A DNA stretch of 33,757 nt from Octopus bimaculoides (Eukaryota): assembly GCF_001194135.2 (NCBI RefSeq), contig NC_068993.1, forward strand, positions 23,431,833-23,465,589, written 5' to 3'. The translations under genes were made by a program, and so were the position numbers. Positions 22,174 through 33,757 of this stretch are shown here, piece after piece. The first letter of the stretch is position 1. Each line of letters starts with the position of its first letter. The notes beneath the pieces were generated by a model. That model did not search any database. It saw only the letters and a program-made list of their open reading frames with translations, and had not been told where the DNA came from.

Positions 22174-23065
22174 AAGAGAGGGATTGCTCAGAGCCACAAC
22201 ACGAAGAAATAATCAAGCTCACTAACAATCTATTAAGCAACAACTACCCCAAAAGCATACTCTCCACTCCACGTATGAGGAATAGAGAGGATGAAACCGA
22301 TAAACTGTCCACAGTCTGCCTACCCTATGTGAAAGGCCTCTCCGAAAAGATATAATAGATATGCGACCCATATTACATCAAGGCAGTATTGAAAATTAAT
22401 ACAACACTTCGCAAATATCTCCTTCGAGTAAAACCAACAATAGAAGAGAATATGACTAAGAACTGCGTGAACTCAATCCCATGCAGCTGTGGTAGGTTAT
22501 ACAAAAAGGAAACATGCCACCCGACTCAAAATAAGGGTAAAGGAATATCGCAAAGCTGCGACACGGGGAGATATTGATAAATCGGGTAAAGCTGATCAAG
22601 TATGGTAAAATGGAGACCACCTCCCCCTGTGGTATGCAGTTAAAATAATAGACAGGGAACACCACTGGAGAATACGAAAAGTAAAAGAAGCAGTACATAT
22701 GCTAGGACATAACAACCTCCTCAGCAGACCGAGTGCAGATATGAACAGCATATGGGAACCGGTATTAAAGAAGGATAGGAGAATATTATATTTATAAGCC
22801 CTAAAATTCACTCCATAATTGCCCACGGGCATATGGCGTTATTGTTAAGAGCGCGGGCTACTCGCCCCAAGATTCCGAGTTTGATTCCTGTGGCATAATG
22901 ATAATAATAATAACATTGTCGAAAAATACCTTAGGAATGAGAACCCAGGATCAAAATTTCCCCAAGACGCCGGATAAAAGCTGGAGGGTATATCAGCCGA
23001 AGCGTTATGTTGACAACAAACAAGTTGAGGACAAATATCTACCAATTGTGAATAATGTAAATAAA
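22174..23065 (+). mobile_element. Poseidon-like PLE 3' part with terminal module; right arm of the palindromic insertion
   Basis: Reads CLPYVKGLSEK..NSIPCSCGRLY..IIDREHHWRIRKVKEA, with the stop at 22795-22797. The tRNA-like head follows at ~22827-22895, then (AAT)n and a dead hammerhead. Confidence 0.92.
22967..23010 (+). pseudogene. Inactivated hammerhead (core CGGAUAA / GAAG)
   Basis: Positionally homologous to 5306-5349, with substitutions in conserved core nucleotides. Confidence 0.8.
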
Positions 23066-24392
23066 GAACAACCCAATTTTATCAAATGTCTGCTCTTGTG
23101 ATTTATTGATTGTCATTGTATATGACAGGCGAAAGGGAAACTGGTTTCTTTCTTGAGTGGAGGGCAAATTTGGGATGCGCATGCGTTAAGTGACAGGAAA
23201 TATAAAAAAAAACTCGGTTTAATTTTTTTTTAATATTACTTTTCACTATGCTCTCACCATCGCCACCTCCACCATGAACTATATGAAACATTCAATATTT
23301 TCCGGTGAGAATATTTAGAGAAGCTATGTTATCATCTGGAAAATGATTTAATATTAATGTTTATAAAATCTTCCCGTAATATGCAGTAAATTGCAAATCA
23401 TCAACATGGTGGTACATTTAACCGTTTGTGTAGTAAATATTTATAGAAAAATGTGTAGAAGTAAAGTATTTTGTGTATCATTATTGAGCATGTAAACTGT
23501 AGTTTACGCTATAATCCGGTATGCAAAAAGAAATTCTATACTGGCTACATACTTGTTAATAATCTAGTAGTTTATGAAACTGCTGTATGAAAGTTGCGTA
23601 ATTTGCTATTATTATCGTTTTTATTTTTCGCTTTCTTCGTGGGTATAAGAATTAAAAACGTTCTTATATTTGAAACGAACAGTTGGAGTGTGTGTACAGA
23701 TTATTAGATGGCGTATATACGCAACGTTCAGTTTGAGAACTTTGCATGTGAATTTAAAGTGAGTTATAATTTTAGAAAAAAATATTTTGATTTATTATTT
23801 TAGGTAAAATGCTATAAAAATTCTAGCATAATGTACCACAATAGAGATGGATAGCTTAATGAATCGAAGAGAACAAATCTACGAATCTTAGTTTGCAGCG
23901 GTTATATTTTACTTACTTGCTTACCATATCGTCAAAATGCAAAATATATTCAAAAGTTAAGTTATTAGAATTAAAGAGCAAGTACAAATAAGCGGCACGT
24001 GAAACGTATTATTCCAGTTTTGCATGTTGCGGAGTAATTATGATTCAAATGTTTGGAGGAAAAAATTATAAAATATTTATGAGAGCACAGAAAATATAAT
24101 TAAAGATTAGTCAGGCGGTACAAAAGAGAGGGAAATAGAAGACTGGCAACAAAGTCACTAGTATGAGTCACTGACCGAACGGACTGCGAGAACTGTGGTT
24201 ATAAGTGTGGAATGACGTCAATGGCAGCGAATAAATGACATTGTAAGCAGAGCGAGGGACGGTTGTTGGCTAAAATATGATACTCATATAAAAATAATTA
24301 ACGTACTAATTCACACACCCTCTAACAGAAGCGCGCACGCACACACAAACACCCACACACACCACACCACACACATATGTGTGTGTATATAT

Positions 24393-24451
24393 NNNNNNNN
24401 NNNNNNNNNNNNNNNNNNNNNNNNNNNNNNNNNNNNNNNNNNNNNNNNNNN
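24393..24451. other. Assembly gap within AC/TG/AT microsatellites
   Basis: N run. Confidence 1.
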
Positions 24452-24485
<34 letters not shown>

Positions 24486-25094
24486 GAGCGAATGTTACTT
24501 TTGTACAAGTTGGATGAAGTCTCGATATAGAATGTAACAATAACTACGCTTATCCCGTGCAAAGACGTTTGTAACAACTCTAAAAAGGTCTAGAAATCGG
24601 TGTCCTATGCCCAGCGCGTAGGTTGAAGTAGGTGAAAAGGCAGACAGTGTATAGATGTATATATGCTCTATCTGTGTTTAAACAGTTCCGAGATACTCTA
24701 CGTAGATATCATAAGGATATTTTATATTTCATTCGCGTGCAATATTATGGCGTATTATTTCTAATAAAGACTATCACATAACTTTTATAGGAATATATTT
24801 CGTGGTGTTCTGTAAATTGATGAGTTGCCATGTGATTATTTCTGAGGTTTAAAAAATAATACTACATGCCGATGTAGTATATATTCTAAAATTCTGGCGG
24901 TGTATCTTCCTTCTCGTTGCCTAAAATGATTGTTATAATCATTTGATTGATCCATTAAACAATTATTGCTCTTTTTCGCCATTTCTGTTTTGATAAGTAG
25001 ATATTTAATGAGCCCTGAATAAATGTTATATATAAGCTGATTTAATATTGGCTTCAAGTTCTGGTACAACGCAGTAAAGTTCGGAGTAGCGGTA

Positions 25095-25260
25095 AGTCGA
25101 TTAGATAGATTCCATGTTCAAATGGTACTTATTTTATGGATCTGGAAAGGATGAAATGTGAATTAGACCTTGGCGGAATTTGGATTCAGAATGTATAAAT
25201 TGACGAAATGCTGCTAAGTATTTAGTCTGGCGTGCTAACAATTCTGCCTCCTTACCGTCT
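25095..25260 (-). mobile_element. SINE family B copy including the tRNA-like head
   Basis: The plus strand shows ggtacttattttatggatctggaaaggatgaaa...ggcggaatttggattcagaa...ctggcgtgctaacaattctgcc, the reverse complement of family B. Confidence 0.75.
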
Positions 25261-25621
25261 TATGCTGATTTAGTATGGCTAATTAATAATTAACATTTTG
25301 TTTTAAATAAGTTTTGGGTGAGTCATGAGGGCACGTTCTTGGTCACAGCATCCACACAATTTCAGCATGCTTAAATGTGCACAAGATATGCACAAAAATT
25401 AACATATTATATTACTGAATCTGAAATTCTTGATGATACTTAATTTGTCTAAAATTTAAGTAAATAATTTATGGTCTATAACGATGGATTTCCTAATGGA
25501 ATATAGCAGCTGTTTTATGGAGCATCAATTGACGTAAATGTAAAAAGTCTGGAGACGTAGCTATAGAAGAAAACACCAGATTCGACGTTCGATTAACGTA
25601 CCATCGGCTTGTTTTGTTAAA

Positions 25622-25672
25622 CAATTAGCAATTAGTACACAATTAGCAATTAGCAATTAGCAATTAGTACAC
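25622..25672. repeat. Short (CAATTAG)n heptamer array with TACA interruptions
   Basis: Directly visible. Confidence 0.9.
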
Positions 25673-26189
25673 AATAAATGTATCATCGTTAACCGCCAGC
25701 GTGGGGCAAACCACAGTTCATATGAGATTCTTATAATTTATGATTCCTCTTTTGTATATTGAATTATGTGTCTTTACATTCAAAACCTTTTGGAGGGCAT
25801 TAAAGTTTGAATAAATAACCGTTGTACATATGAGCACTTCAGATGTGTAGTTTTACGCATCCTTGCACAAATAACAATTAGGAGATATAACAAAACTAAC
25901 GTGATATAGTAGGATAATATTTATCTTGTGTAAAATTACGTTGAAAACATTATATTACAAAAATTGAAGTAAAGGGTAACAAAATTGAATGCGGATTAAT
26001 ATCATGTCCTCTTGTTACTTGCACTGAATAAAAATATGTTCTTACTCACTTACAAGTATGCGATATGGGTTTTTATCTATAAGAGAAGGTTTTATGATTT
26101 TTATTTCAATTTCAATAAAATTAGGGAAGGAATAATTTTACATCGGAGATTGAAATTTTGGAAATGCAAGTATCGCTGTGCATAGCACC

Positions 26190-27650
26190 AATCCAGCCTG
26201 TGAAAATGAGTCCTAAACCGTCCGCTTGGCCGAAGAGGGAAGTATTTGTCATCAGTCATTTAAATCTCGTCCACTACACTACCTCCTTTGCCATAGACAC
26301 CAGGCAAAGGAAAACTGTCTTTCCTTCCCGACCAAAAGAAGGCGACGGGGCGGTCTTTACGATGGACCCAGCTGATAATCGGATCCCTTGTACCATGTGT
26401 CAACAGCTGTTCGACAAAGCTGCACAAGTCAGTAAAACCCGGACATTGCATGAGTGCAAGCAGGATGATTTTGCTACCATGCATACATCTCATACAGGTC
26501 TGACAGCACTTCCGGGTCTGTAGAGCTTGTCTTGAACCGGCAGACAGTGATTTATGAAAGTTATACATAGGTGCGATAGTCCTCCAGAAAAGACCAGAAA
26601 AGTGAACCCTCCTAACGCCCGGAGTTCCCTGAGGACGTCGTCGCTCTTGCCTGCCAATACTTCTATTGTGGAGCTAACACCAACCGCGTTGCCCGGTCAG
26701 CAGAAGGCTGTGATCGCTTGCCGAAACTGCAGGTCTCAATCGCCCTTTCTCGGTCTACACATGATCAAGGAGTGCAGCTCCATCAATGAGACGAGCTTCG
26801 GAGAGTCTTGTCTGACAAACAGCGACCACACCCGCTCACGTACGCATCGTTAACCACAGTATGCCCAATCCTCCACATAGTGGCTGTTGAGAGCAGGTGG
26901 ACCGGGTGATGAGCGAAAATTCGAAGGGCAAGCGCTCCAACTTCATCAACCACGAAGCAGGGCCATGTATGACGGCCATGCAGTAGTAGATGACGGAAGC
27001 GATGTACACATTGCTACCTGTTCCCTACCCTTCAGGGACAGCTTCCTCACTGCCCAGTGCTGGATGATACTGGTTACTCTGCTCAACACCGCTCCCTGGA
27101 GGTGTAGACCAAACCTGGAAATCCTGACGAAACCAGACCTCAAGCAATGTAACAGGCCCTTCCGTCTAGCGCGTACAACGCTCTCGGCTGGCATGAGTCT
27201 ATCTCTCCAGGTGTTGAGATGCAGGTCCATCGACTTGTCCTGATTAATTTTTACTTTTGTCACCGATTCGTACACCCTTAAGGTAGTACCAATCACCTCA
27301 ATTTCCGAGCAGTCAAACACTATTAAGATGACGTCGCCACCATAGCCGACGCGAAACTTCCGCATCCTTGATCACGTGGAAAGCCCCTCGAAATATCCTA
27401 CTTCCTTAGTAATGGATCGAGAGCCAGCACGTACAGTAGGTGTGAGAGAGGGCATCATTGACGGACCCAATGAGAGATACTAAACGATTCCGATAAATGT
27501 CTGCTTATTTTGATCACCGACAGATGTGGCTGTATATTGCAGCGATGTAGCCTCTGAAAACGGGACCGGAACCGGCTGGCGCGAGGACAGCCTGCAAGCA
27601 TTGATGGTCGACACTCAAAAGCCTTTGATTAATCCAAATTAATCAGATCC
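26190..27650 (-). mobile_element. Tx1/L1-clade LINE ORF2, RT through C-terminus (pseudogenised)
   Basis: Reads LINLD*SKAF, VRQ*CPLSHLLYVLALDPLLRK, YGGDV (decayed YADD, 27333-27344), VYESVTKVKINQDKS, WAVRKLSLKGR and LMQCPGFTDLCSFVEQLL. Confidence 0.92.
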
Positions 27651-27654
27651 CTAC

Positions 27655-28260
27655 TAGGGACTCTACAATCACTTTCAAATCAGTTCCATTCGGTGCGGAG
27701 ATCAGGTGACGGATCCTTTTCAGGAGGACTGTCTTCACATGGAGCAACACCTCCAGTGTGATTCCTGTCCAGTTCTCCCACTTTGACCTCTTGATCCCAA
27801 GAGAGTGACACTTTCATTTAATACCGTAGCAGCAAGTACCCAGCACAAATCTAGTTTTGGTGATACTCCCTGTATTTTATCTTTATTGCGGTTCTTTCTA
27901 TATACGTAGGGATGTGCACGAATTCCTCACTGCAGCAAGCGGCCACCGAATATTGACTTACTAGGGTCTCAGTTTTAACTAAAACATTCATCCCACTGAA
28001 CTGCTTCGGGCTCGCTGCATCACCGATGTCCTGCCATATATCGTGTAGGGCCATTTCCATTTACACGTTCGTTGCCGTTTCGAGTCATTTCGATTTACGG
28101 CTAATACAGCGGCAGCCACGATTTTCCTCGCTGTATCTGCCAACAATTCGCATGGTGGGAGCAGCTCTTTTCCTCCTATCGATCTTTCTAAATTTAATTG
28201 CATTCGCCAATGTAAAGGCTTTTTCCTCTAGGGAGGGGACAAATGCACATTTAAGGCTGC
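27655..28260 (-). mobile_element. Probable ORF1 remnant of the same Tx1-like LINE
   Basis: A frameshifted but continuous coding-like stretch (..HIPTYIERTAIKIK/IQGVSPKLDLCWVLAA..WENWTGITLEV..GTDLKVIVE) lies directly upstream on the same strand. ORF1 identity is an inference. Confidence 0.45.
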
Positions 28261-28280
28261 GGCGCCCACGAAGGAATTCT

Positions 28281-28625
28281 TAGTATGGTTGTTGGTGGTA
28301 GAGTTGTAGCCACTTCTGCAGTTGCTACTATCACAACTACTACTACTCCGATTCCACTACTACCGTTGCTCTTGCCGCCATCAATAGAGTTGTGTCAAAG
28401 CTGCCGGTATTACTACTATTACTACTGTTGTTACTAGTGCTGCTATTCTTGTCGTGTTCACTATTCATGCTGCTGCCACGGCCCTCACTGCAGCCACTGA
28501 CGCCAGTGCAGCAACTACCACCACTGCTGCCGCTGCAGCTACTGCCACCACTGCTGTAACCATTGCTGCGGTCGATGCTTCCACTGATACTACTGCTTTT
28601 ATTTTTTGTCCCCTTCACTGTTACT
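28281..28625. repeat. Low-complexity GCT/ACT/GTT/GCC trinucleotide mosaic
   Basis: Directly visible; the triplet register shifts twice. Confidence 0.8.
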
Positions 28626-29025
28626 AGTGCTATTGTGTACCTTCGAACTTTGCACTGTTACTGTCTGTTATCCCCTCCTCTTCTCCTGCGATATTTTTGG
28701 TAAGAGAAGAAAGGGGAGGGAAGTTTTCAGATGCAAAAACAACGCTGGGAAGAAATTATTTCTTTTTAATTGCTTCAAGGTTGACGCCGCCATCTTGCTA
28801 AATTTATTGTCATAAACACCATTAGAGCGATTTTCTGATTGATGGAATATTGTCACTTGCGGAGCGAAGCAACTGCAGGAAGTCCAGTAAATGATTCCTG
28901 GCACTTTTAATGAGAAATTGCAATGAATATTTTACACACGAAAAACAGCACCAAACGGGTATTAACAATGGTTACAGAAAAGAATTATTTAGAACAATCG
29001 AATCCACGACTGTCGTACTCTGCGT

Positions 29026-29109
<84 letters not shown>
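29026..29109. repeat. (GAT)n(AAT)n compound microsatellite
   Basis: Directly visible. Confidence 0.99.
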
Positions 29110-29110
<1 letters not shown>

Positions 29111-29277
29111 CGCAGTGAATACCAAACAACATGGACGAGTGACAGTGAGCTGCCGGGAAGATAAATCAAACCTGAAACCGTCACGAAGCAAGAATTAAGA
29201 ATCTGCAAAAACAATGAAAGAAAATTTTGCCTTAATGCAAGCCATCTCGGGAAACTGAAAGATTTTTCTTATATGGA

Positions 29278-29282
<5 letters not shown>

Positions 29283-29318
<36 letters not shown>
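29283..29318. repeat. (AT)n microsatellite
   Basis: Directly visible. Confidence 0.98.
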
Positions 29319-29322
<4 letters not shown>

Positions 29323-29984
29323 AAAAATAGCATCCTCTTAGACTGCAAATTATGCGTAACAATCTAAACATTGCCATGCTTCTATACGAAAACTGCAAAC
29401 ATATGAGTAAAATTTAAAAATTTGAAATTTTTATTACATTTTCACCCATATTTACACAAGACCTCTCTCTCTATATATATATGTACGTTGCCGTTTCGTC
29501 TCTGTCTCTCGCTCATATATCTATATTAATTATAAATGCGAACGAAACATCAAAACATGTCAATGGGCGGTGTTCAATTGAGAAAATAGATGTTGTAAAA
29601 TCAAACCTCTAACAAAACCAACCAAAAGAGATAGACGGGCGGACAGATAACCATAAATACTATTAAATACTTAGCTAATGAATTACACATTCTAATATGC
29701 AGCGCTCCTCCAAACAGATACAGGAATAAACTATACCGTAAATACCCAACAAAATAAACAAAGCCGACATGTGCCATACAAGGCCGATGCCCGACAGAAG
29801 AACACAAACTGCGCTGCACAATCAACACATTATACAAAAACTAACACAACAGAAGATTCAAACCAAACCCCATAACAAAACATACTGATACAATACAATA
29901 TCCCTTCCTCACAAAAACGTAGCACACTCCACACCACCAGCACAAAGGTGCAACGACGCAAAAGAAAAATGCTTGAAACGATGA

Positions 29985-32400
29985 GATGTCGAAAAATAAT
30001 ACTGGTGATGACGTTGCTAACAAACATTACCTTACCTCAGTTTATGAGAGAAAGGAGTTGTCGAAGAAACTCTGATAGTAACAGCGAAAATCAAGCTGAA
30101 CATATGAGGGAAGGCCCCTCGCTCGGCAGTGGTTCAGTAAACATGCAGACTAATGACAGCTGTTTTACTAATACAGCATCAACAGAAAATAGAACAAGGA
30201 AGAGGAAGTTGACCAGTGAAAAAAACAGGATAGTATTGCAATGCTACATAGAAACTGAATCTAAAAGAAAACGCTATAGAAAACGGATTTTAATATTTTG
30301 GGTAGAGAAGGGTATGTTTAATGGGACAGAGCAGATATTATTTGATCAAACTCTCGCTATTACCAGAAGAACGTGGATGACAGGATTGGAGGTACGAGAA
30401 ACCACAAGAAAACTGAAAATAAAGAGCAGGCTGTAGGAAACATACACAACAACGTAAAAAATACCGCTCCAACCAAAGAAGAGCGTAAAGGATAAAAAAT
30501 TTAATTCCGCTACTAATAAGAAGGACAACTGGCACCAGCGACTTAAGTGATTTAATTGAAGAAGATCAGAAGATTTTAGATGGGTTGCTGGAAGTAATGA
30601 GTAAAGAAGTAAGAAAAAGATTGCCAGCATTAAAAGGCACAAACAGAAAGAAGCTGCTAGAAATGACTAGGAAAGTAGATTCTGCTATCAGTAGGATCGA
30701 TACTAACAATATAGGAGACACTAACTATGCTGGATGGGAAGTAGTCACCAGAGGATTAGATATCTCGCATGGAAATATTAAAAAGAACTACAAATGTGGA
30801 AAAGGAGACTACAAAATAATGTTAAGACTAAGACAAGATCTGAGTAGGATAGAAGCCTTGTAACAGAACAAGTTAAGAGAAAAAAAGATGCAACTCTTTC
30901 GTTGACAAAAGATAATTACTCTAAGAGAAAGGAATTGGGACAGTAATAGAATAGTTGAAACAGCGTATCATGGCAGTAGCAAGCAAGCTTTCCAGATGTC
31001 GGAAAAGAATAGATCAGGATCAATAGAATAGATTATTTGAGACATATAAGTGGTAATTTTATAACCAAATTAATAGTGGAGAACGAAGTACTGAGGATGA
31101 TAAACGTCATGCAGAAGAATCTAGAAAGTTCTGGATTAATATTTGGGATAAGCCAGTCAATTATAATGGAGATGCGGTATGGTTAAAGATCACGAGGGAA
31201 GAAATAGTGAGGGATAAGCAGCTAGATCTAGGACTAGCTACTGCATTAATGAGTTAGGTGTTAGGAAAAATGCCGTATCGGAAGGTCCCAGAATCAGATT
31301 TAGTTCAAGGGTGCTGGTTAAAGAAATTTAGTAGTTTACTTGGGAGGCAGAGAGAACAACTTCAGTATTGCTTTAATGCAATACCAGATTGGAGGACTAG
31401 AGGGAGGACAATACACCATATGAAAGATAAAAGCAAGAGTAATGTAGCTAGCAACTATAGATCAATCACTTACTTACCGTTAGTGTAGAATCTGTTAACA
31501 GGTATGATTTCAGAATGTATTGCCAGCAGAACAAAAAGGTTGCAGGAAACAGGCTAGAGGAACGCATGATCTATTATACACACAAAGCAGTTCAAATGAA
31601 GTAGAAGAAAATATCTAACAATAGCAAGAAAGCCTAGGACATGCTCCCACACTCATGGATGTGTGAATGTTCAGTATGTTCAGTGTAGTAGACAACATAA
31701 AAGAATTAACTAAAATGGAGACAAAAATTCTGTTAATAGCTGCATAAGATCAAGCATTACGGACTAATTGGATAAAAGCCAAGATAGACTAAGACCAAGT
31801 AGATTCCCAGTCTAGGTTATACAAATCAAAATAGGAAAACGTTAATAATATAGTAAGTGAATGTAGCATGCTGGCACAAAAAGCATACAAGAAATGACAT
31901 GACAACCTATAGTGAGTAATCCATTGGGAGTTATGTAGAAAGCTAGGATTTTAACATACTAATAAATGGTATGAACATGAACCTCCTAGTTCTAGAAAGT
32001 AAAAAATACAAGATGTTGTGGGTCTTTAACGTTCAGACTGACAGTGTAATAGAAGCTAGAAGTCAGGATTTAGTAGTAGTAGATAAAAAGAATAGAAAGT
32101 GCCTGATACTAAACTTTACAGTCCCAAATGATGAAAAAATTAACATGAATTGTATCGAAAATATAGCAAAGTACTAGGACTTAGCTATTGAATTACAGAG
32201 ATTATGAGGTAAAATGTATCCCATTAGTTATAGGTGCGTTGAGAACTATCTTTAAACATCTGAACAGATGGATAGAGGAAATAGGTGTAAAACCCAATGT
32301 AATACAGCTCTAGAAAACAGTGTTATTAGGGACAGCTACGATACTTAGGAGGATTCTTGGCATCTGAGGTTAGTTGCTGTAGCGCGATGTTAAGATTTTT
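29985..32400 (+). mobile_element. R4/Dong-type non-LTR retrotransposon with restriction-like endonuclease; RT core deleted
   Basis: Reads RIVLQCY..RKRYRKRIL..EKGMF, LPALKG, FWINIWDK, KMPYRKVPESDLVQGCWLK, SNYRSITYLPL, EQKGCRK and KKA*DMLPHSW, then IAA*DQALRTN, IVSECSMLAQKAYKK*HD, HWELCRK, KWYEHEP and ARSQDLVVVDKKNRKCLI..K..KY*DLAIELQRL (RLE PD..D-like and K..KY motifs). Confidence 0.92.
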
Positions 32401-32444
32401 TCATTTCCATCAGTCTAATCTGTTGTATGTATATGAAAATTATA

Positions 32445-32560
32445 ATAAAGATGGTTTCAAATTTTCGCACACCAAGTTCGAGGAAGTGTGTAAATCGTTG
32501 CATTTATCCCAGTGCTGGAATGGAATTTGCTCTTCTCGAGGCCGAATCGATGAAATTTTA
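32445..32560 (-). mobile_element. Highly degenerate SINE family B 3' part
   Basis: gatggtttcaaatttt...cccagtgc...gaatcgatgaaa resembles the reverse complement of the family B tail. Confidence 0.45.
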
Positions 32561-33221
32561 TTTTATTTCAGTTCCGTCCAAGTATATATCTACTTCTCGT
32601 GCAGTCGATGTACCGATTTACTAAGACAATACAAGTACGTATAACAAATAAAAAAGACAAATGCTAATATCCACAGCCGTTTCAAGTTATTACTTTTGTG
32701 GAAAAAAATCTATCTTTTTACCTACAAGTTTATTATTATATCTTATATAAACCTTCTTTCCAGTTTCGACTCATCGATGTATGTTTTTTTTCAATCTGGA
32801 TAGATAAATAAATTATTCGACAGGTAGAAGATATAACAAACTAAATATTAAAATGTGTTTTCTTATCAATCACAATATATTCTGTGAATATATTTCTCTC
32901 TCTCTCTCTCCCTCTCTTTCTCTAAAACTGAGACAAACTTTTTAACCATGTATTTTCCCTCTTCACGTTATCTCTCAAACTAACCCCGTGAAAGCGTAAT
33001 GCATCGACTAGCATAGCGTCACTACTCTCCCTTTAAATGCCTCTGACACTTAATATAACTGCTACTCCCACTCTCACTCTATCTGCATTTCTTTAATCTC
33101 ATCTTCAGAAAATCACCCCCTGGTAATTATTGTTTTTCTAACTTTCCTTTTCTATATCTCGGTCTTCAACTAACGACGTGATAACAATTGGCATTCAGTA
33201 TTAATATTGTTTTATTCTGTT

Positions 33222-33612
33222 ATTCTTTTACTTGCTTCAGTCATTTGACTGTGGCCATACCGGAGCACCGACTTTCGAAGTTCATAGTCGAACAAATTGT
33301 CTCCAGGACTTATTTTTGAAGCCTTGTCCTTATTCTATCAATCTGTTTTGCTGAACCGCTAGTTTACGGGGACGTAAACACTGGTTGTGAAACGGTGATC
33401 GAAGGACAAAGAGAGATACAAAGATACACACATAGATATATACATATATACATGACGGGCTTTTTTCAGTTTCTCTCTAACGAACCTACTCATGAAGCTT
33501 TAGTTGGCCTGTGGTTATATTAGAACACACTTGCCGTAGGTGTCATGCAGTGGGACTGAACTCGGAACCATGCGGATGCATGCTTCTTACAACACAGCGG
33601 CGTTTGTGCCTA
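33222..33612 (-). mobile_element. tRNA-derived SINE family A copy
   Basis: Reverse complement of 4100-4470 (ttcagtcatttgactgtggcc..ggggacgtaaaca..gacgggctt..gcagtgggactgaac). Confidence 0.85.
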
Positions 33613-33619
33613 TATTTAA

Positions 33620-33740
33620 ATAAAATGTGCCGAATATGTGGCTTCAAAACAACATACAAGTGGTATGAACATGAAGCAAAGATTGTGATATAAAATGAGA
33701 GTTACAAGATCTTGTGTGACTTCGCCGTCATGTCTGACCG
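33620..33740 (+). mobile_element. Short R4/Dong-type fragment (region preceding the RLE)
   Basis: KMCRICGFKTTYKWYEHEAKIVI*NESYKILCDF is homologous to ELCRKLGF*HTNKWYEHEP..KYKMLWVF at ~31925-32030. Confidence 0.75.
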
Positions 33741-33757
33741 TATATATATATATATAT

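Noticed and set aside
24160-24222. AP-1 (TGAGTCA) and CRE (TGACGTCA) motifs close together
   Set aside because: Short motifs are expected by chance in 34 kb and there is no functional evidence.
24859-24880. 9-bp hairpin as a Helitron 3' terminus
   Set aside because: There is no proper CTRR/T junction, and a 9-bp AT-rich stem is plausible by chance.
28343-28618. Mucin-like Ala/Thr (plus) or Ser/Gly (minus) exon
   Set aside because: The triplet register shifts twice and there is no splice support. It is kept only as low-complexity sequence possibly linked to the Tx1 5' end.
29600-29960. A/C-rich stretch possibly from an I/Jockey-group LINE 3' region
   Set aside because: No diagnostic motif could be read with confidence.
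29026-32420. Dong-like targeting of (TAA)n
   Set aside because: The AAT array is ~900 bp from the element and no TAA array flanks its 3' end.

Overview
Repeat-dense, AT-rich animal genomic DNA with six assembly gaps. I infer a cephalopod (Octopus-like) source from the SINE and MITE families, and I can support no host protein-coding exon. Almost everything interpretable is decayed mobile DNA: two Penelope-like (PLE) families (a Poseidon-like RT/GIY-YIG family and a Neptune-like family), three Tx1/L1-clade LINE copies, three R4/Dong-type (RLE) LINE pieces, a CR1/L2-like scrap, three tRNA-derived SINE families, an internally deleted mariner, two TA-flanked MITEs and many microsatellites. The main observation is a ~250-nt module in the 3' UTR of the Poseidon-like PLE: a tRNA-like Pol III A/B-box head, an (AAT)n linker and a minimal type I hammerhead ribozyme. 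The module occurs four times. Two of these copies form an ORF-less head-to-head dimer whose symmetry centre is a mini-palindrome native to the element. A second PLE insertion is also a fold-back palindrome, and a Tx1 copy shows a twin-priming-type 5' inversion. All family assignments come from reading motifs by eye; no database search was run.
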